Below, piece after piece: positions 59,083 to 64,000 of a DNA stretch of 64,000 nt. Numbering within the stretch: the first letter of the stretch is position 1; every line of letters starts with the position of its first letter. Below the pieces are notes generated by a model, which was given only the letters and a program-made list of their open reading frames with translations, did no database searches and was not told where the DNA came from. The DNA is from an uncultured delta proteobacterium (lineage in GTDB: Bacteria; Desulfobacterota; Binatia; DP-6): positions 544,001-608,000 of the forward strand of contig CAWFFN010000007.1 of NCBI GenBank assembly GCA_963815115.1, written 5' to 3'. Both the position numbers and the translations under genes were made by a program.

Positions 59083-61244
59083 CACCCCCCCAGCGCGGGC
59101 TCGCAGATCAGCGTGAGGCGCGGCTGTACGGTTGCGCCCCGCCGGCGAACGGCGGCACGCAAGCCGAGCCGCCCGGGGCCGCCGCGGCTCGAGACCGGCA
59201 CGGCGAGCGGGACGGTTGCGGTGCACGCGCGATCCAGCGAGGCCGGGCCCTCCGGAAGCGCGCCGAACGCCGCGCGCAGGCTGCGGACCACCTGCGCGCG
59301 CGCCTGGGGCGAGCCGCCGCCGCTCGGCCGCAGGACCCGGGCCCCCCGGACGCTGGACGTCCGACAGCGCGGCAGCCCGTCGTCTCCATGCACGCGGAGG
59401 TCGAAGACGTTCGTGCACAGTGCGACCTGGACGGTGCAGGAGCCATCCACGGTGCCGTCGCGGTCACATTCGGGATCGCCGTCACGACAGTGCTGCCGCC
59501 GGCTCGGCAGACCGTCCTCGCCCAGCGTCGGCGCCGCCCGCTCCACGAGCCACTCGCCGGCGCACGCCTGACGGCGGTTCTGCACGCCGGGGACGAGACA
59601 GCGCTCCGCAGGCTCGCAGGGTCCCGACGGCACGCTCATCAGCCCCTCGGCCAGCAGCTCGGCCCGCGGCGAGCCCCATCCGGTGGCCAGATCGAAGCCG
59701 CGGAGGGCCAGGAAGCCGTTGCTGCCCGTGGTGACGTCGCGGAACACCGGCGCGCGCTGGCCCGCCTCGCCCTCACGGCCCAGCTGGTAGAGCGCGGGGA
59801 GGAGCTGTCCGAGGCCGCCGCGTCCGACGCGCTGATTCACCAGCGCGAGCACGCCGGCGAGAGCTGGAACGCTGGCGCTCGTCCCTCCCACGATCGCCGC
59901 GTCACCGTCCTGCACGATGACGTATCCCGGGCGGGCGGGGCTGGCGGCGAGGGCCAGATCGGGGAGGGCACGCCCGGCGAAGCGGCCGACACCGAGCTGG
60001 TAGGATGGGCGCGCGAAGACGGTGCTCACCCCGCCGCCCCCCGCTCCGCCGCCGTCGTTCCAGGCTTCCTCGCCGCCGTAGCCCGTGGCAGCGAACGTTC
60101 GCCCGTTGAACAGCGGGTCGAGCGCGGTGCCGCCGACCGCCACGCTGTTCGGCGAGGCGGCGAGGGCGTTCACCGCCACCAGGTTCGAGTCGGGCGCGCA
60201 GTCGGTGGCGCCGGCGTCGCCCGCCGCCACCAGCACCGTCTGGCCCTGGAGGTTCGCCAGCCCGTAGAAGGTGTCGAAGAGCTCGGTCGCGGTGCGCGTG
60301 CTGAAGGCCTCGCACAGCCCGAAGCTGAGGGAGACCACGTCCCCGACGCGATCGCTCACCGCCTTCACCAGCGCCTCGGGGATGTCGCCGGCGCGCGAGC
60401 CGATCACCACCTCGAGGGCCGCTCCGGGGGCGAGCGCCGCGCCCCACTGCACGTCGAGCAGCACCTCCATGCGCTCGATCGGGTCGGCCAGAACGCCCGG
60501 GTTGCTGGGACCCGCGAGCAGCTTGTGCAGCGGACGCGGGCCGTCGAGGTAGCGCTCCCCGAATCGCTGCACGTCGCTCTCGTCGAAGTCGCTGCGCGCG
60601 AGCACCGCCACCGAGCTGCCGGTTCCGTCCACACCCGCGTCGCGCAGCGGCGACACGTCGTACACGGTGGCGAAGTCGGCCGGCGCGAGCGCCACCTCCT
60701 TGTTGCCGAGCCGCACCAGCGGGCGGAAGGCGGGCAGATCGTCGAGCCCGAGCAGACCGCGGACGCCGAGCTCCGCGGGCAGCGCCGGCTCGGCCAGCGG
60801 CGCGTGATACACCCGCCCCCGGCGCCGGAAGAGGCCGATCGGAGCCGCGAGCGCCTCCGCCGCCAGTCCCGCCGTGCCCTCGAGGGTGAGCGCCACCCGG
60901 AACGGCGAGTCCGCGACCACCGCGAAGCCGCGCTCGACGAACCAGCGTCGCACGCGCTCGTAGTGATCGCGCCGCGCGCCGAAGCGGTCCGCGATCTCGG
61001 TCGCGTCGAGCCAGCGCCGGAAGCGTGGCGAGCGTGGGTCCTGCTGCGCCGCGATCATGGCATCGAGCGCCGGGCGATCGCGCACGCCGAGAAACGCGAC
61101 GATGCGCGGCAGGGCAAGGGTCGGCTCGGCGCGACCGGCGGGCGTCATCGACGCCACGGCGGGCGGGACACTTCCCGCCGCCGCCCGGGCAGGTGCGACC
61201 AGGGCGCTCAGCCCGAGCACGAGCAGCGCCCCGACGGCCGTCAT
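59082..61244 (-). CDS. secreted S53 (sedolisin/kumamolisin) peptidase with Cys-rich C-terminal domain
   Basis: Signal peptide, pro-domain (DPRSPRFRRWL..IADRFG), EVLLDVQ (Glu/Asp), AAGDAG, GGTSAS (Ser), FDLATGWGSP. Confidence 0.9.
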   Translation of the reverse strand: MTAVGALLVLGLSALVAPARAAAGSVPPAVASMTPAGRAEPTLALPRIVAFLGVRDRPALDAMIAAQQDPRSPRFRRWLDATEIADRFGARRDHYERVRRWFVERGFAVVADSPFRVALTLEGTAGLAAEALAAPIGLFRRRGRVYHAPLAEPALPAELGVRGLLGLDDLPAFRPLVRLGNKEVALAPADFATVYDVSPLRDAGVDGTGSSVAVLARSDFDESDVQRFGERYLDGPRPLHKLLAGPSNPGVLADPIERMEVLLDVQWGAALAPGAALEVVIGSRAGDIPEALVKAVSDRVGDVVSLSFGLCEAFSTRTATELFDTFYGLANLQGQTVLVAAGDAGATDCAPDSNLVAVNALAASPNSVAVGGTALDPLFNGRTFAATGYGGEEAWNDGGGAGGGGVSTVFARPSYQLGVGRFAGRALPDLALAASPARPGYVIVQDGDAAIVGGTSASVPALAGVLALVNQRVGRGGLGQLLPALYQLGREGEAGQRAPVFRDVTTGSNGFLALRGFDLATGWGSPRAELLAEGLMSVPSGPCEPAERCLVPGVQNRRQACAGEWLVERAAPTLGEDGLPSRRQHCRDGDPECDRDGTVDGSCTVQVALCTNVFDLRVHGDDGLPRCRTSSVRGARVLRPSGGGSPQARAQVVRSLRAAFGALPEGPASLDRACTATVPLAVPVSSRGGPGRLGLRAAVRRRGATVQPRLTLICEPALGG

Positions 61245-61936
61245 TCCGTGGGTTCCGGAGTGGCCCGCTCGAGCTCGGCGAGCGCGGTCATCGCGGCCGC
61301 CTGCTCGGCGGTCTTCTTGCTGTGCCCCACGCCGCGGCCGTAGCGGCGCCCGGCGATGCTCAGCTCCGATACGAAGCGCTTGGCGTGGTCGGGCCCGCTT
61401 TCCTCGACGAGCACGTAGACCGGCGTCGCCCGGAAGAGCCGCTGGGTGAGCTCCTGGAGCCTCGTCTTGTAGTCACGCAGTCCGGCGGTCGTCTCGCTCA
61501 CGAGGTCGCCGGCGAAGTGCCGCTCGACGACGCGGCGCGCGGCCTCGTAGCCGCCGTCGGCGTACACCGCTCCCAGCACGGCCTCGTACGCCGCCCCCAG
61601 GATCGACTCCTTGTCGCGCCCGCCGCTCTTCTCCTCGCCCTTGCCGAGCCGCAGCCACCGGCCGAGCTCGAGCGTGCGTGCCTTGTCGGCGAGGATGCCG
61701 GCGTTCACCAGGCCCGCTCGCAGCTTCGACAGCTCGCCCTCTCGAGCGGCCGGAAAGCGCTCCATCAGGAGATCGGCCATGGCGAGCGCCAGCACGGCGT
61801 CGCCGAGGAACTCGAGCGTCTCGTTGTTGGGATCGTCGGGGCTGACGGAGCGATGGGTGAGCGCCACGCGCAGGTGGTCGGGCCGCTGGAAGCGGTAGCC
61901 GAGACCCGCCTCCAGGCTCTCCTCCAGCTCGCTCAT
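61241..61936 (-). CDS. rnc: ribonuclease III
   Basis: ALTHRS, NETLEFLGDAVL, dsRBD DYKTRLQE...SKKTAEQAAA. Confidence 0.96.
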   Translation of the reverse strand: MSELEESLEAGLGYRFQRPDHLRVALTHRSVSPDDPNNETLEFLGDAVLALAMADLLMERFPAAREGELSKLRAGLVNAGILADKARTLELGRWLRLGKGEEKSGGRDKESILGAAYEAVLGAVYADGGYEAARRVVERHFAGDLVSETTAGLRDYKTRLQELTQRLFRATPVYVLVEESGPDHAKRFVSELSIAGRRYGRGVGHSKKTAEQAAAMTALAELERATPEPTE

Positions 61937-63243
61937 GGGATCGCGTCGGCCTCGACTCGCGCCCCGTTCGTGACCCGGAGGCGAACCCGGATGGCCTGCC
62001 CCATCCACGCGTCCGGACCCTGCAGGCGCGCGCGCAGGTAGTTGCGCGTGTAGCCCCGCAAGGCGCCGCTTTCCGGATCGCGCGTCGTCTCCACCAGCAC
62101 CTCGGCCGGTGCGCCGTGGAACCGACCCGCAAACCCGGCACGCTTCTGCTCGCAGACGGTGCGCAGGCGGCGGGCTCGCGCCGTGATCGTCGCCGGCGGC
62201 TGGTGGCCGTCGAGCTTCGCGGCGGTGGTACCGCTGCGCACCGAGTAGGGGAAGACATGGCCGTAGGTGATCGGGCTCGACTCCACGAAGCGCAGCGTGC
62301 GCTCGAAGGCGTCGTCATCCTCTCCCGGGAAGCCGGCGATGAGATCGGTGCCGATGGCGGCGGCAGGCAGCAGCTCGCGGACCATCGCCAGTCGCTCGGC
62401 AGCGAGCGCCGTGTCGTAGCGCCGGCGCATGCGCACGAGCACCCCGTCGTCGCCCGCCTGGAGCGGCACGTGGAGGTGCGGGCAGATGGCCGGCGCGGCG
62501 GCCATCCGGCGCACCAGCGCCTCGCTCACCTCGTGCGGGTCGATGGACGACAGGCGGATGCGCGCGAAGCGTCCCTGCTCGACGAGCGCATCGACGAGCC
62601 AGGCGAGATCGAGCGGCGGGTCGAGGTCGTGTCCCCAGCCTCCGAGATGGATGCCGGTGAGGACGACCTCGCGAAAGCCACGCGCCGCCAGGCCGTCGAG
62701 CTCGGCGAGAATGGCGCGCGGCGGGAGGCTGCGGCTCCGCCCGCGCGCCATCGGCACGATGCAGAACGTGCAGAACAGGTCGCAGCCCTCCTGCACCTTC
62801 AGGAAGGCCCGCGTCTGGCCGTCGAACGTCCGCGCCCCGAAGGTCTCGACCCGGGTCTCGCGCCGGCTGCGCTCCACCTCGACGCGTCCCACCCGCGGCG
62901 CCTCGGCGGTCACCGCTTCCACCAGGGCCTCGAGCCGGTTGAGGCCGATCACGTGGTCGACGGCCTCGACGGCCGCGGCCGCCAGCGGCTGCGTCTGGGC
63001 ATAGCATCCCGTCAGGATGACCCGCGCGGCCGGATTGCCGCGTCGGGCCCGGCGCGCGAGCCGCCGGCTCTCGGCGTCGGCGGCGTCGGTCACGGTGCAC
63101 GAGTTGACGATGACCACGTCGGCTGGCGCGCCGGGCTCGACCAGCACGCAGCCCGCCGCGCGCAGGCGATCCGCGATGGTCGCCGTGTCGTAGGCGTTCA
63201 CCTTGCAGCCGAGCGTGGCGATCGCCACGCGGCGCTCGCTCAT
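61933..63243 (-). CDS. mtaB: tRNA t6A37 methylthiotransferase
   Basis: TLGCKVNAYD, VNSCTVT, TGCYAQ, radical SAM GCDLFCTFC, HVFPYS, TRAM-like end. Confidence 0.92.
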   Translation of the reverse strand: MSERRVAIATLGCKVNAYDTATIADRLRAAGCVLVEPGAPADVVIVNSCTVTDAADAESRRLARRARRGNPAARVILTGCYAQTQPLAAAAVEAVDHVIGLNRLEALVEAVTAEAPRVGRVEVERSRRETRVETFGARTFDGQTRAFLKVQEGCDLFCTFCIVPMARGRSRSLPPRAILAELDGLAARGFREVVLTGIHLGGWGHDLDPPLDLAWLVDALVEQGRFARIRLSSIDPHEVSEALVRRMAAAPAICPHLHVPLQAGDDGVLVRMRRRYDTALAAERLAMVRELLPAAAIGTDLIAGFPGEDDDAFERTLRFVESSPITYGHVFPYSVRSGTTAAKLDGHQPPATITARARRLRTVCEQKRAGFAGRFHGAPAEVLVETTRDPESGALRGYTRNYLRARLQGPDAWMGQAIRVRLRVTNGARVEADAIP

Positions 63244-64000
63244 GGCGTCGCCTGCGCGATCCAGCCGCCGCCGGCCACCAGCTCGCCCCGGTAGAATACG
63301 GCCGCCTGCCCCGGGGTCACCGCGGGTCCGCGCTCCGCGAAGCGGACCCGGGCGACGTCCCCGCCCGCCTCGACGAGCCGTGCGGGGAGCGGACGCTGGC
63401 GATGGCGGACGCGCACCTCGAGCGCGGTGCCCGGTGCGGGCGGCGTGCCGGCGCTCCAGATCGTCCCGCGCGCGACGAGTCCGTCCGCGGCGAGGCTCTC
63501 GACCCCCCCGACCGAGACCGTCGCCGTGGCCGCGTCCAGGCGCTGCACGTAGCGCGGCGCCTCCGCGGTGAGCCCGAGGCCGCGGCGCTGGCCGATCGTG
63601 AAGCGGTGCACCCCGCCATGCTCGCCGAGCACCGTGCCCTCCCCATCGACGACGACCCCGGGGCGGAGCGCACCCGGGGGCGCGTGGCGCTCGACGAAGC
63701 CCGCGGCGTCCCCATCCGGCACGAAGCACACCTCCATGCTCTCCGGCTTCGCCGCCACGGACAGCTGGCGGGCGGCGGCCTCGGCGCGCACCTCGGCCTT
63801 GGTCAGGTCGCCGACGGGGAACAGCGTGCGCCCGAGCGCGGTGTGGTCGAGCCCGAAGAGGAAGTAGGTCTGGTCCTTCGCGGCATCGGCCGCCGCACGC
63901 AGCGCCAGGCGCCCGGTGGCGGGGTCGGTCGCGATGCGGGCGTAGTGACCGGTGGCGAGATGGCTCGCCCCCAGCTCGCGCGCTCGGCGCCAGAGGAGAT
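63240..64000 (-). CDS. mnmA: tRNA 2-thiouridylase (5' part outside the window)
   Basis: LATGHYA, KDQTYFL, KPESMEVCF, FTIGQRRGLG, AVTPGQAAVFY. Confidence 0.95.
   Translation of the reverse strand, partial: LLWRRARELGASHLATGHYARIATDPATGRLALRAAADAAKDQTYFLFGLDHTALGRTLFPVGDLTKAEVRAEAAARQLSVAAKPESMEVCFVPDGDAAGFVERHAPPGALRPGVVVDGEGTVLGEHGGVHRFTIGQRRGLGLTAEAPRYVQRLDAATATVSVGGVESLAADGLVARGTIWSAGTPPAPGTALEVRVRHRQRPLPARLVEAGGDVARVRFAERGPAVTPGQAAVFYRGELVAGGGWIAQATP

Overview
High-GC bacterial chromosome segment, mostly housekeeping. Gene order and 16S features suggest a deltaproteobacteria-like lineage, possibly Candidatus Binatia (inference, not a database result). Left to right: (1) a fused NHL/PIN relic, ald, folD-gcvT-gcvH-gcvPA-gcvPB; (2) HNH-smc-ftsY, a probable 6S RNA, and ygfA-rny-ymdB-tyrS, the last three riddled with indels that look like sequencing error; (3) a complete rRNA operon (16S, tRNA-Ile, tRNA-Ala, 23S, 5S); (4) ppiA, small hypotheticals, tRNA-Arg, suhB, and tRNA-Gln-prs-rplY-pth-rpsF-rpsR-rplI-dgt; (5) a long minus-strand block: sqdB with a GT2 and a Thr-type sulfatase-like gene, YfgM-like TPR, DUF151, CoxE/CoxD-like, peptide ABC, IMPase, LolA-like, pgsA-like, hflX, dnaE, Spy-like, guaAB, two tandem toxin-antitoxin pairs, an amidohydrolase, and der-era-S53 peptidase-rnc-mtaB-mnmA. 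No CRISPR array, integrase or transposase was seen. Best leads for undescribed biology: the sqdB/GT2/sulfatase-like module, the secreted S53 protease with a Cys-rich tail wedged inside rnc-era, the HNH gene heading the smc-ftsY transcript, and the TA tandem upstream of guaBA. None of these is proven novel without searches.
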